Origin: Malacoraja senta
Lineage: Eukaryota
Reading direction: 5' to 3'
Length of the DNA: 64,000 nucleotides
Assembly (NCBI GenBank): GCA_038087875.1
Contig: CM075991.1
Span: forward strand, 3,224,001 to 3,288,000
Shown: piece by piece, positions 12,890 through 25,094 of the stretch
Numbering within the stretch: position 1 is the first letter of the stretch
How the letters are laid out: each line of letters opens with the position of its first letter
Program-made: the position numbers and the translations under genes
The notes under the pieces: model-generated
The model's input: only the letters and a program-made list of their open reading frames with translations
Database searches by the model: none
What the model was told of the DNA's origin: nothing

Positions 12890-14184
12890 CAGGGACATGC
12901 GGTCAGGGGAGGTAGAGCCTCACCTACCATACTCCCAATGAAAATAGCTGTTAAGAAAAGTTAAGAAAAATAATAATAATAAATAAATATAAAGATTTTT
13001 CCACTGATCTGTTATAAATGTCATTTCTATGTGAATCTAATCATTTTTTATAGTAAAAATCGCAACATTTTCACAGCTCCGCTGCAAGTACAGGGAGAGA
13101 TGAGAGGTGAGGCAGCGATGAGCGTGTGCCAGATACCATCTCTATGTGTGTCACCAAAGTAATGTGTTTAAATCCCTTCATTACATGTCCTTACCTTCCA
13201 TAGTCCAGGTAACGTATTTCACATATAAAGATATTAAAATTGTGCTCGCTGGTCTCATCATAAAACTGCATTGAAAAAGCTCCAGGGGAGGCAGCGATCA
13301 CATCTGCCTCACAATGGGGCGTGTCTTGAGCCCAGTGGAGGAAGAGCGTGCGTCAATTACGTAGGCTCAGCCCACGTAATAGACGCTACCTCACTCTCCC
13401 TCCACGTTAGCTAGCCTCAGCAGCGGCGGCACAGACCAAAGATCATGGAGCGGAGCAAGATACGCCACTTGGGAAGGTAGACTTTGTCAGTACATTAGAA
13501 AGTTATTAGATTTTAAAAAAATAGATCTTTACTTATCACAATAATAAAGTCATCAATTTTTGTACTTCTGTACAGTTTTGTTTAGTTCATGTAAGGCAGG
13601 AGTCTCCAAAATATGGCCCGCGGGACACATCAGGCCCACCACCTGATTTTTCAAGCTCAGATTCGAGTCGGGGAGCGCGGCGGCCCGGGGCTGCTCTTAG
13701 TGTTGTTACCGGTTAGATCCCTCGAATTGTCAGAGCTGAGACATCACTGGGCCGCCGTGAAGAAGGGTGCAATGGTGCGGTGGGGGGTTCGGCGGCGGTC
13801 AGAATGGGATGGCTGCGGGTTATAACGTGCCATCGTTCCTCTCTCCCTTCTCTCTCTCTCCCCATTCTCCCTCTCTCTCCTCTCTCTCCCCATTCTCTCT
13901 CTCTCCCTTCTATCTCTCTCTCCCTTCTCTCTCACCCCCCATTCTCTCTCTCATTTTCTCTCTCTCTCTCTACTTTGCTCTCTCCCCATTCTCTCTCTCC
14001 CTCCCTTCTCTCTTTCTCTCCCTTCTCTCTCTCTCTCTCCCTCCCTTCTCTTCTCTATCCCTCCCTCCCAGCCACGGCTCCACCCTCTCACTCCTCGGGG
14101 AGAGGCGGTGATCAATGCAGGGAGGGCCGAGCCACTGATACTAGCCAGTGCCTCCCCAGCCATTGACCTCACCGCACGTCACTG
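12890..14184. mobile_element. Non-autonomous hAT-type DNA transposon, inserted in a minus-strand CR1 ORF1 remnant
   Basis: TIRs CAGGGACATGCGGTCAGG and revcomp CAGTGACGTGCGGTGAGG match at 15/18. Perfect 8-bp TSD GTAGTCAC at 12882-12889 and 14185-14192. No transposase ORF. Confidence 0.82.
13835..14072. repeat. (CT)-rich polypyrimidine low-complexity tract
   Basis: About 240 nt composed almost entirely of C and T. Confidence 0.95.
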
Positions 14185-14784
14185 GTAGTCACCACATTTC
14201 CCTGTACTCCCACATTCCGCTTGAGGAGCAAACTACTGCCTTACCTGCCACCCCGATTGCAGATGAAAGTGAAAAACAACTTGCCTTATCTTAACTTCAG
14301 GCTCCTCGCCGAAACCGCTCGAATCCAAGCCTCTGTACTTCACCTTAATCACAACCATTTGCAAATGCATCCACTGTAAAATAGCCACTCTGCTTGTGCC
14401 TGCCTTCCTTTAGTACAGCACTCGCCGTTTTTACTCATGTAAAGTAAAGTCTTATCGAATCCCTGGGTCCCCACCTTTCAGCTACGAAATCTCTGTTAAC
14501 AGTAACCTGCCCTTATTCATATGACAGATGACAATAAAACACCCTTGACTCATCTAACAGCTGCTTTTCAGATTTCTCAGAGTCCTCATCTTGTCAGCTC
14601 TGCAATCTCTGTTGAAACAATGGTTTAACGACATCAGGGTTTATTGACCCAATTATTTTTTTAGAATTGCGGATAAACTGATGAAAATAGGGTGGTTCTC
14701 CGAGGCAGTTGCATTGAGATCTGATAGAGGTGGTTAAAATCAAGAAGAATCTGGGCAGAGTCGATAGAAACTTTTTTCATTGGG

Positions 14785-15100
14785 AGTGCATGGCGCAACG
14801 GTAGAGATGCTGCCTTACAGCGAATGCAGCGCAGAAGACCAGGGTTCGATCCCGACTGCGGGTGCTGTCTGTACGGAGTTTGTACATTCTCCCTGTGACC
14901 TGCGTGAGTTTTCTCCGAGATCTTCGGTTTCCTCCCACACTCCAAAGACGTACATGTTTGTTGGTTAATTGGCTTGGTGTAAATGTAAACATTGTCCCTG
15001 GTGGGTGTAGGATAGTGTTAATGTGCGGGGATCGCTGGTCGGCGCGGACCCGGTGGGCCGAACGGCATGTTTCCGCGCTGTATCTCTAAACTGAACTAAG
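14785..15100 (+). mobile_element. Near-complete tRNA-derived HE1/V-SINE-like element
   Basis: A-box-like TGGCGCAACGG, B box GGGTTCGATCCC, central GGAGTTTGTACATTCTCCC..GGTTTCCTCCCAC, tail CTGTATCTCTAAACTGAACT. Confidence 0.88.
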
Positions 15101-18100
15101 AAGGGTTAATTAATATGGAAGACAAAAGTAATGAGATTTGGAAATTAGTCAGTGATATTCTTTTGTTGGAACAACAAGTAGTTAGGGTTTAGAATGCACC
15201 ATCCTGGGTTGTAATGGAGGCAGATTGAAAGATGTCAAAGGCGATGTGGGTAACTATCTGAAAGAAAATAATCTGCAGAGCTGTGAGAGAGACAAGTAAC
15301 AAATTTAGCTGGATTTATCTTAAATAGAGCCAATATGAACTCAGTGGGGAACTTGGTCTCCTTCTGTGCTCCGTTACCGTGTTAATTTGAAAATGCACCT
15401 CACAATCCCACAAAAATAAACTGCAATGATACATCCAATTTAGTTTAACATTTATTTTATTGTCCATCACCCCCCTGCCTTGTTTCAAAGCTGAATCGCA
15501 AGGGCCTCATTGATCAGCAGCGACTGCCTATTTGGAACATGACCTACTGAGGCATTTTATAAGGCTCCATTTGCCCACTCACTTCCACAGTCCAGGCACA
15601 TATCGTTATAGGTCTCTCTACTCATTTGCTTAGTGTAGATATTGTTGATTGAAACAAATAATTGGAGGTAGCTTTTTAATGTGGATTTGAAGCTTACAAA
15701 GGTAACAAAGTTTGGGAACATAGAACAATACAGCATAGAAACAGGACCTTGAACCCATAACATCTGTGTTGAACGTGATACTGACCAACTTTTATCTTAC
15801 TGCATACGATCAATGAGCTTATCCAAAAGACTGAAATGTCACTATCCAGCACCACTGCTAGACAATTCTTGAAACATGTCACGTTTTAGTCAAGCGAAAA
15901 AAAATTGTCCTCATTCATTCACAATCCTTGAATCCATCCTGTACTTTAGGCATCGTAAAATCAGAAAGACTTGAAAAGAACAAAATAATTTGAGATAGCA
16001 GTTGACAGCCAACATCAACTGTTGTGCATTACCACGAATCAATCTGCTTTTCTTTAGGTAACATTGAATGAATGAGAGGCATCTTATTGAATTATTGTAG
16101 TAAACAATTAAAATGTAGCATCTATATTCACTTGTAGGTCTTTATCAATTTTCATCCTCAAACTGTTTGATGTTTTGAAAGTTATTCTCGCAGCCTTTCT
16201 TCAAACAGGTCCCAGAGGAGAAAGCAGCATGTTAGTGCGCTGAGCATCTATGTTCGCATTTTGTTGGCAGAAAAGCTCTCTAAAATATTAAACCATTGAT
16301 TCATTGTAGCATTTCATCTGTCCTGTAAAATAAATGCACGGAACTACAGGTTAGCAGAATGCCTCTGTTGTTGAATGTAAGTTTTTGCTGCATTGCACAC
16401 AATATTAATGTGACCATCATCTAAACGTCTGTAGTTTTATAACCACCATATAGTGATGTTGGGAGTTTGGACACAGCATTTTGAATTAGCCTATGGTATT
16501 TTAGGTTAGGAGGCGCAAAGCAATTCAGTGTGTGAATGAAAGGGGTTGAACAGTTGCTTGGTGAGGAGCAGCAAAGTGTTGATTGGTTCGCTGTTTGACC
16601 TGTTGTTTTCTATTTGAATTAACTGGAGAAACATAAGATTAAATCTAAGCTCCAAAGGCCTTGAAGAAATGAAGACTGCGTGAAGCATGATGAAAGTAAA
16701 CATCTCATGTAACAGCTGGATCTGGGGCAAGCAGGCATGATGCAAGGAAATCAATTTGGAGATTTGCAGGAAATAAATTGCTCATTGGAGAAATGTTGCT
16801 TGTAAAATAGCTTGAAAATGTAAATACTGAACAGGATACAATGCTTGCACTGAAAATATTAACTTTTATATACATAAAGTTTTTAAAAATTGTCAAATAT
16901 GATGCAAAATTAACTGCTTGGAGGACCACAGCAGGTCAAGCAGCATCTCTGGAGCCAAATGGACAGTTGACATTTTGGGTCCACATCCCGCATCAGGACA
17001 TACAATGTCAACGGATAGTTGATATTAAATACTGTATGTTATCTCTTTATATTCGTTCCCTACAGTTGCATGAGCCCAACACTTTTTTTTGTCTGTGTGA
17101 CACCATCAAATGTAAACTGATGGTGGTGGGGGGGGTTGGGTGCGGTCACGGGGACGCCCGGGGTCAGGCCCGGGCTGATGGTGCTGAGGTCCAGCGGTTC
17201 GTGGGTAACCAGTTGGGCTGCAGGCCTGCACGTCTTTGCGTGGGGCGCGGTCACGGGGGACGGTCGGGGTTGGACCGGTTCTCTGACTCTGGCTCTGCCC
17301 GTGGTTCGCGGAGACTAGTTGGGCGACAAACCTGCACGTAATGGCGGGGGGTGGCGGACCCAACCTGTCACAATGTCTTTGGATTTGCAATGTGGAGCAA
17401 AGATAGAACCACTACAGCAGTTACGTGGGAGGGAAGATAGAACCACTGCGGTAGTTCTACCCTATACTTTGTGAATTGTCCCTAGTGTGTAGAACATAAC
17501 TAACGTACAGGTGATCGCTGATCGGAACTGTGTTTCCACGCTGTATCTCTAAACTGAACTAAACTAAACCAAGCTAAAAGGGATCAAAACGGTATTTAAA
17601 TGTGTAATTTTCCAGTATTCAAAACGCTTTGATACAGTAGTAAAGACAGTAGAAGAAACAAAGCAACACCAATGTACAGTACCTGTATCTCGACAACTAA
17701 AATAAAATAAAACCAAGAATCGTTCCATCCCCCTAGTAGACACTTACCCAATGATATTACCAAGTGTCTATAAGAGAGCAATTATGCATTTTGCCGATAA
17801 AGGGATCCAGTCACACTTCAAGAGAAAGTGTGTGAATGTATTGGGTCGGCCAGCATACATCCTAAAAACAAATGAATGAGTTATTGGCTTTGGGTTTGCT
17901 GTGGTCTTGCCATAGACCGTCATATTTATCTCGATACTTGGGAGGGTTTAAAATAGAGAAGCACATTTTGGAAGAAGTGAATAAAGGTGGGGGTTCGGAT
18001 CAGTAGCACCCAAAGATAGGACAGAAAGAGAGGTGGTTTATGGTGATGGGCTGAAGTGTGTTTATTCCAATGCAAGGAGTATTGTGAAGAAAGCAGACAT

Positions 18101-18139
18101 ACTTTGAGCCTGGATCGGTGCTTGGGACAATGATGATGG

Positions 18140-18269
18140 TGTGGCGCCATCTGGTGGTTGAGCCACTTATAGATTGAACCCTCGTCAGTAGAGGTGGAAC
18201 GGTCAGGTGACTGAGTTTGGCGGGAGTTTGCGAGTGAAGATCGTCATCAGTCCACTGGTGTGTCCTACA
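18140..18269 (+). repeat. 5' LTR, 3'-truncated
   Basis: Direct repeat of 21535-21668; begins TGT. Confidence 0.9.
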
Positions 18270-19039
18270 GCAGCAGCAGAGACTGCGCAGCCCCATGTAT
18301 GGCTGACGAGACCAAATATTACTACGTGGTCCGTGCGCTGGATCAGGACATTGTCGGTCGCCTTGTCCATTACCTTCACCAGCCACCAGCTGACTGCAAC
18401 TACGATGGCCTCAAAGCGCTCCTTTTGCGCACTTCGGGCTCAGCCGCCGCGACTGGGCTGCGAGACTCATGCGTGGTCCCGGCGATCGCAAGCTGTCCGT
18501 GCCTTCCGTGGACAATGTCTACGCCCAGATTTTGGTGGAATTCCCCGACATTCTACACCCCCAGTTTCATTCGGCCATCCCCAAACATGGGGTGGTGCAG
18601 CATATTCCTAACACTGGGACGCCACTCCACTCACATGCACGCAGGCCTCCCCCCGACATGCTTCAAATTACCAAGGCCGAGTTCCGTCAGATGGAGGCCA
18701 TGGGTATTGTGCGTCGCTACGACAGCCCACGGGCCTATCTGCTTCACATGGTCCCCAAAGTGTCTGGGGGCTGGAGGCCTTGTAGGGATTATCGCCATCT
18801 CAATCCTCACATCCAGGACTTCACGGCTCATCTGGACAGCGCCAAGTTATTTTCTAAAGTCGACCTGGTTCGGGGCTGTCACCAGATCCCGGTCCATCCG
18901 AACTACGTACCGTAGGCGGCTCTCATCACCCCTTTTGGGATGTTTGAGTTCCTCCGGATGCCGTTCAGCCTCAAGAATGGTGTTCAGGCTTTCCAGCGAC
19001 CGATGGACATGGTGGGCCATGGTTTGGACTTACTAATTA

Positions 19040-19739
19040 TTTAGAGATTTAGAGAGATTCCTTTATTTGTCATTCAGACCTTTCGGTCTGAACGAAATTT
19101 CGTTGCCTGCAGTCATACATATAATAATAAATGACAAAACACACAATAAACACAAATTAACATCCACCACAGTGAGTTCACCAGGCACCTCCTCACTGTG
19201 ATGGAGGCAAAAGTCTTAAAGTCTCTGTCTCTTCCCGCTTTCTTCTCCCTCTGCGCTGAGGCGATCCAGGCTTCTGATGCTGTGGCCCCGCCGGGCGACG
19301 GTAAGCCAGTCCAGCGGCCGAATCCGTGCTCCGCGACGGGCCGGCTCAAACTCCGCGGCCCGGGGTGGTCGAAGCTGCCGAAGCTGCCGCCCTCCAGTCC
19401 AGCGGACGCAGCTGGAGTTGCGGGAGCCCCAGAAAAACAGGTCACCAACCTGTGACCTGCGCGCTCCCGACGATGTCGTCCACTGGGCCCGCGGCCGAGC
19501 CTCCGGATTCAGGTCGCCACCAGTGTCCTCGGTCGCCACCGCCGGAACGCCACCGCAGCCCCGAAGTTGGCCAGCCTCGCGCTGGTAAGTCCTGGCTCTG
19601 CCTCCGGAGCCTCGAGGTCGGTCGGTCGCTCGCAGTTGGAGTTGGAGGCCGGCAGCTCCGCCATTTTGGCCTCAGCGCAGACGGAGGCAGAGAAGGGGGA
19701 TACGACAAGAAAGTCGCATTCCCCCAAAGGAAGAGACTT
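19040..19739 (-). mobile_element. Non-autonomous retroelement with Rex1/Babar-like tail, inserted at the Gypsy RT YxDD motif
   Basis: Minus strand reads AATTTCGTTCAGACC-GAAA-GGTCTGAATGACAAATAAA, then TCTCTAAA repeats. GC-rich body. The Gypsy frame GLDLLII|VDDI flanks it. Confidence 0.6.
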
Positions 19740-21534
19740 CGTGGATGATATCTTCGTCGCCAGTCACTCTGTGCTCATCTCCGGTTACCCTGTCAATGGC
19801 TCAGCGAGCATGGCCTGGCCATCAACGTGGCTAAGTGTCAGTTTGGTCTTAGTACCATAACTTTCCTCGGCCATCACGTTACCCCGCATGGTGCAGTTCC
19901 GCTCCAGGACAAGTTTGAGGCCATTCGCCAGTTTCCTCAACCATCCATGGTGAAACGTCTCCAGGGGTTTGTGGGCATGGTGAACTTTTACCATTGTTTC
20001 GTGCCAGCGGCTGCTCGGATCATGCGGCCGTTGTTCAAGTTCCTGGCCAGCAAGCAGCGGGACCTCGTGTGGGATGATGAGGCCACGAAAGAGGCGCTGG
20101 GGAAGGCGACGATGCTGATGCCCCGACCGCACTGACGGTTGACACCATTGACACCGCAGTGGGGGACGTGCTGGAGCAGTTGATTGATGGACGCTGGCAG
20201 CCCCTTGACTTTTTCAGTCATTACCTGCGACCTCCTGAGTGGCTGCACAGCAGGCAGATGCGGAGATTCTCGCTTACCGCACCGCCATTTCCGGCCGGGT
20301 GATGGAGGATGTGCGGTTTGGTGCCGCTGGTCCAACGGTTGTGTGTGATGTGTCTACTGGTCAGCTGAGACCGATCATCCCTGCACCTTGGTGTCGCCGG
20401 GTGTTCGACATGATTCATGGTTTGGCTCACCCTGCCATCCGGGCGAAGACAGCATTGATGGCGGCCAGGTTTATGTGGCATGGGTTGCACAAGCAGGTCG
20501 GCGACTGGGCCAGGGCATGTATTCCCTGTCAGACGTACAAGGTCTAGCGTCACGTCAAGGCGCCCTTGCAGAATTTTGCCTCACCTCACCGGCGGTTTAC
20601 GTTGACATCGTGGGTCTGCTGCCCCCCATGCAGGGGTTTCATTCAGCTTCTCACCGTTGTGGATCATTTCACGTGGTGGACGGAGGCTGTCCCGCTCGAT
20701 GATATCTCTGCTGCAATGTGTGCACGTGCCCTCGCTGCCCACTGGATTGCTCGTTTCGGTATGTCGATGGACATCTAGTCTGACAGGGGGTACACAGTTC
20801 ACCTTCCGAGTTATGGTCTGCCATGTCCCGGCTGTTGGGAGCTCAGCTACATCACACCATGGATTACCACCCACAATCCAACGGTTTGGTCGAGCGGTTT
20901 CACCGACACCTGTAAGCTTCCTTGAAGGTGCGGCTCACGGGTCCGGATTGGTTGGATGAGTTGCTATGGCTTCTGTTGGGGATCCGCGCGGCTCCAATGG
21001 AGGACTTGGCTACTTCTTCTGCTGAGTTGGTGTATGGCACCCCGCTTACAGTTCCAAGGGAGTTCATTCCCGCGGCACATGGGCAGCAGGAGCCGCCCTC
21101 GTCCCTGCTGGTGCGTCTCCGGGAAAAGGTGGGCACGCTTTCCCCTGTTCCGACGTCCTGTCACGGACTTACTCCTACGCACGTCCCTTCTGCCCTCATG
21201 GACTGCCAGCATGTTTTCCTGCATCATGGTGCTCACCGGACACTGCTGCAATGACCGTATGAGGGTCCTTTCCGGGTGCTGCAGCACGGCACCTCGAATT
21301 TTGTGCTCGACATGGGGAGCCGGCGAGAGACTGTTTCAGTTGCTCGCTTTCAGCCGGCTCATTGGGACATTAGTCAGCCCGTGCGCCATTAGTCAGGGGC
21401 GTCCGCCATCCGGCCCGCTTCTGCTCACGCCTTTGCCGATTGTTTTCGTGAGCAAGGGTGCTGTGTGTACGAGGTCGGGCCACCACATTCGTCTGCCTAC
21501 TCGTTCCTCCGGTTCTGGGGGGGTGGGTGAGTCA

Positions 21535-21738
21535 TTTGGCGCCATCTGGTGGTTGAGCCACTTATGGATCGAACCCTCGTCAGTTGATGTGGAAAGTTCA
21601 CGTGACTGTTTGGGTCACATGGGAGTTTGCGAGTGAAGATCATCATCAGTCCGCGGGTGTGTCCTACAGACCTTGCTAGAGCTGTGACGTGTGTGTTTAA
21701 CAGTTGTAATTGTGAATAAAGACGCGTGAATTACTACA
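21535..21738 (+). repeat. 3' LTR
   Basis: Follows the PPT, contains AATAAA and ends ACA. Confidence 0.9.
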
Positions 21739-22794
21739 ATGTGGCCATTGTGGAAATGTGGTTGCGAGAGGTATTCCAGTGGCAGCTCAATGTTCCAGGG
21801 TTTTGTTGTTTCAGATATGGTCGGGAGGGAGGCAAAAGAGGTGGAGGAGGTGCACGACTAATAAAGGAGACTGTCACAGCAGCACTCAGAGAGGACGCAT
21901 TGGACGGTTCATCTGCTGAGGTAATATGAGTGAAGCTTAGAAATAAGATTGTACTGTAATCATGAGATTATATATAGACCACCCCAAACACACACACAAT
22001 AACAAGCAGGAGATAGTGGAACAGATACATAGACAGATTTCCCACAGAGGACTTAGTAGTGACTTTGACTCCAAATTACTCATTGCAAAAGGCTTATTGT
22101 GAGGTGTATCCGTAAGGGTTTCTTGAACAATTATGTGGGTAGTCTGACCCTGGAAGGGAACATACTGGACCTTGTGTTGGGAAATGAGCTTGGCCCGGTG
22201 ACTGGTGTTTCAGTGGGAGAGCATTTCAGGGCTAGTGATCACAACTCCATCGGTTTTGATATTGTTTTAAATGCGGAAAAGACTGAACCTTACTAAAGTA
22301 CTAAACCAGGTTAAGGCAAACTACAAATTAATTAGGCAGGAGCTCAGGAGAGTACAGTGGGAGCACTGAGTCAGTGGTAATTCTACATCCGTCATGTGGG
22401 AATCGCCTAAAGACCAGTTGATTCAAGTTCAGAACTGTTCCCATGGGGATGTGGGATGAGGACGGCAAATTAATGGAACATTGGATAACCAAAGAGGTTA
22501 TAAATTTGGTCAAATGGAAAAATGGAGTGCACGCAGGATTTGAGGATGGAATCAGAGGGCCTTTGAGGAATATAAAGAATTCAACTGGGCAATTCGAAGG
22601 GTCAAAAAGGGGCCACAACATGTCTTTGTTGAGTCACATTAAAGAAAATCCCAAAGGATTTCTTACATACACTCCCTGATTGATGTAAGGGTTACATTCC
22701 ATAAATCCTAACGTAAATCAGATTTTACTCATGTTGGAATCACTTTAAAACTAGGTAGAAATATAGAACTGCACATGCAGGTTAATGCACAAAA

Positions 22795-24140
22795 TGGCAC
22801 AAAGTGCTGGAGTAACTCAGCGAGTCAGGCAACATCTCTGGAGATCATGGAGGTGACATTCTGTCTGTGCAATTCTGCTCCTTCTTGACCTCAGCGCAGC
22901 ATTTGATACTGTCGACCACACCATCCTAATTGACCGTCTCCGGTATGGGGTTGGTATTGATGGCACTGCCCTGAGCTGGTTCATCTCCTACCTCAAAGGT
23001 AGGAGTTTCTCGACTAACATAGGCAACTCTTTCTCCTCCCCAGCTAATCTCTGCTGTGGTGTTCCACAAGGTTCCATCCTTGGCCCCATTCTCTTCTCCC
23101 TGTATATGCTCCCCTTAGGCCAAGTCATTGAAAGGCACGGCATTTCCTTCCATTGCTACGCAGAGGATACACAACTCTATCTCCCCCTGAAGCCCAAAAA
23201 CCAATCAAATCTGTTTAACCTTACCCACTGCCTCGAAGATATAAAGTGTTGGATGGCCCAGAACTCCCTCCAACTAAACGAGAGTAAGTCTGAGGTCATC
23301 CTTCTCGGCCCCTTGGACTCAATCAAAATGACAGCAGGCAGCCTTGGAAGCCTTACCCCACTACTCAAACCTCACGTCAAAAACCTTGGCATGATATTTG
23401 ACTCAGCACTGAAATTTGACAAACAAGTCAATGCCGTGGTAAAAGCTAGCTTCTTTCAGCTTCGGACGATAGCTAAAATAAAATAATTCCTCCAGTTTGA
23501 TGACCTCGAAAAGATCATCCACACATTCATCTCCTCCCGCCTAGATTACCGCAACTCCCTTTACACTGGAGTCAGCCAATCTTCCCTGTCCCGCCTGCAA
23601 CTGGTCCAAAACGCCGCAGCGAGACTCCTGACGGGCACCCGAAAAAGGGACCACATCACCCCGATCCTGGTCTCTCTCCACTGGCTCCCTGTGTGGTTCC
23701 GTATAAACTTCAAGATCCTCCTCCATGTCTACAAAGCCCTCAATGGGCTTGTCCCCCACCGCTCCACCTCCAGGCCCCTCAGATCGGCCGACTTGGGGTT
23801 GCTGAATATCCCACGGTCTAGGCATAAGCTCAGGGGTGACTGTGCCTTTGCGGTTGCAGCCCCTAGACTGTGGAACAGCATCCCCTTTCCCATCAGAACT
23901 GCCCCCTCCATCGACTCTTTTATGTCAAGACTAAAGACTTATCTGTACTCCCAAGCCTTTCCTGACGTCCTTTGAGTGAGGGCTACATGTATATATGTAT
24001 GTACTTTGTTTTGTTTGTGTTATTCTTATAACAAATGTAAAGCACTTTGGCCAACGAGAGATGTTTTTTAAATGTGCTATATAAATAAATTGACTTGACT
24101 TGACTTGACATTACGGGTTGGACCCTTCTTAAGACTGATT
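22795..24140 (-). mobile_element. Penelope pLTR fragment split by L2 (pieces 22795-22860 and 24106-24140)
   Basis: Rejoined, the minus strand reads CAGTCTTAAGAAGGGTCCAACCCGTAATGTCACC..GCTGAGTTACTCCAGCA. Confidence 0.7.
22861..24105 (+). mobile_element. 5'-truncated L2 LINE
   Basis: LLLDLSAAFDTVDH, GVPQGSILGP, HCYAEDTQLY, SLHWLPV and AFAVAAPRLWN motifs. (GACTT)n tail; 7-bp TSD TGACATT. Confidence 0.93.
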
Positions 24141-25094
24141 TAATCTGCTCAGTTACTTTCTGTTACTTTCTGCTATTTCTTAAAACTCTGCTCCAGTGCT
24201 GCTGGTCAGCTGTCACTTTGTCAGCTCCCCCCTGCACTGTTGCCTCTTCCACCTTCTGCTCCAGAGTCTCTGACATCTTCATATGTCGGCAACTCTGGGG
24301 GTGAAGGAGGAGGCGGCGGTGGAAGCAGAACGGTGGAGTGGACTCAGTGAAGGTCGCCTGGAAGCAGTAGATGGTGAGAGGGGAGGGAGGCCGACAGTGG
24401 CTCCGCGTGTCTTGTTGGTGGAGGCGGCCCAAAGAAAGCTCCGTCGGCCATGGGGCTACAATATGAGCCGCATCAACAGCCATGTCAACTAGATGGTGCA
24501 GCAGCTGGTGAAGGATTGGCTGGTGCATCTTGTGAAAGATGACTGCAACTCGGCCAGGATTTGCTCCCTCATTCTCGCTCGCCTTCCAAGTGTCAATCCG
24601 ATAGGGGCTGAAGCTGGAAGATCAGCGATCCCATGCAACATTTTTGTATCCATGAAGCTGACGGGAAACCCTTGCCATCCTCCCATTGCAATAGCACAGG
24701 TCATTCAGAAATCAGGACCACCTATTGTAATTTTTTTACATGAGGGTAAGTTAAATGTAACTTGCTTGCAACAGGTGTGTCACTATTAAAAACAGGAGGA
24801 AACCAGGGAGAAAGTAGGACTGCTCAAGGATCAAGAAGGGAATTTGTGCTTGGAGTCTGGAGATGTTGGAGAGGTACTAAATGAGAACTTTGTATTGGTT
24901 TTTATCAAGGAGAATGAAATGGAGGACAGTGAGATAATTGTGGAGAACACACAATGTGGCTGCATACTGGCGCAGCGCCAGAGGCCCGGATTAGATCCTG
25001 ACCACGAGTCTGCCTGTACGAAGTATGTACGTTCTCCTTGTGACCACATGGGTGTTCTCTGGATGCTCCAGTTCCCTCCCACATTCTAAATGCG

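Larger units (their letters stand above)
18140..21738 (+). mobile_element. Decayed Ty3/Gypsy LTR retrotransposon (CsRn1-like), internally deleted
   Basis: gag TKYYYVVRALD, RT WRPCRDYRHLN and VDDI, KCQFG, integrase zinc finger HGLAHP..CIPC and core HPQSNGLVERFHR. PPT at ~21515-21530; imperfect 4-bp TSD ATGG/ATGT. Confidence 0.93.
17940..22670 (+). mobile_element. Old CR1 ORF2 5' remnant (APE region), split by the Gypsy element
   Basis: LKCVYSNARSI before the Gypsy; VAIVE.W and ILDLVLGNE..SDHN after it. Confidence 0.75.

Noticed and set aside
13744..14172. Ser/Leu/Pro-rich and Arg/Glu-rich ORFs
   Set aside because: They are translations of the CT tract.
14785..14860. tRNA gene
   Set aside because: The A/B boxes belong to a SINE head; there is no full cloverleaf.
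17120..17365. CpG-island promoter
   Set aside because: It is a short GC patch with an internal repeat (GCGGTCACGGGG twice) and no associated gene; probably an unclassified repeat.
19073..19105. Hammerhead in the GAAA hairpin followed by CTGAATGA
   Set aside because: The core does not fit CUGANGA and GAAA is the hairpin loop; a LINE-type 3' stem-loop explains it better.
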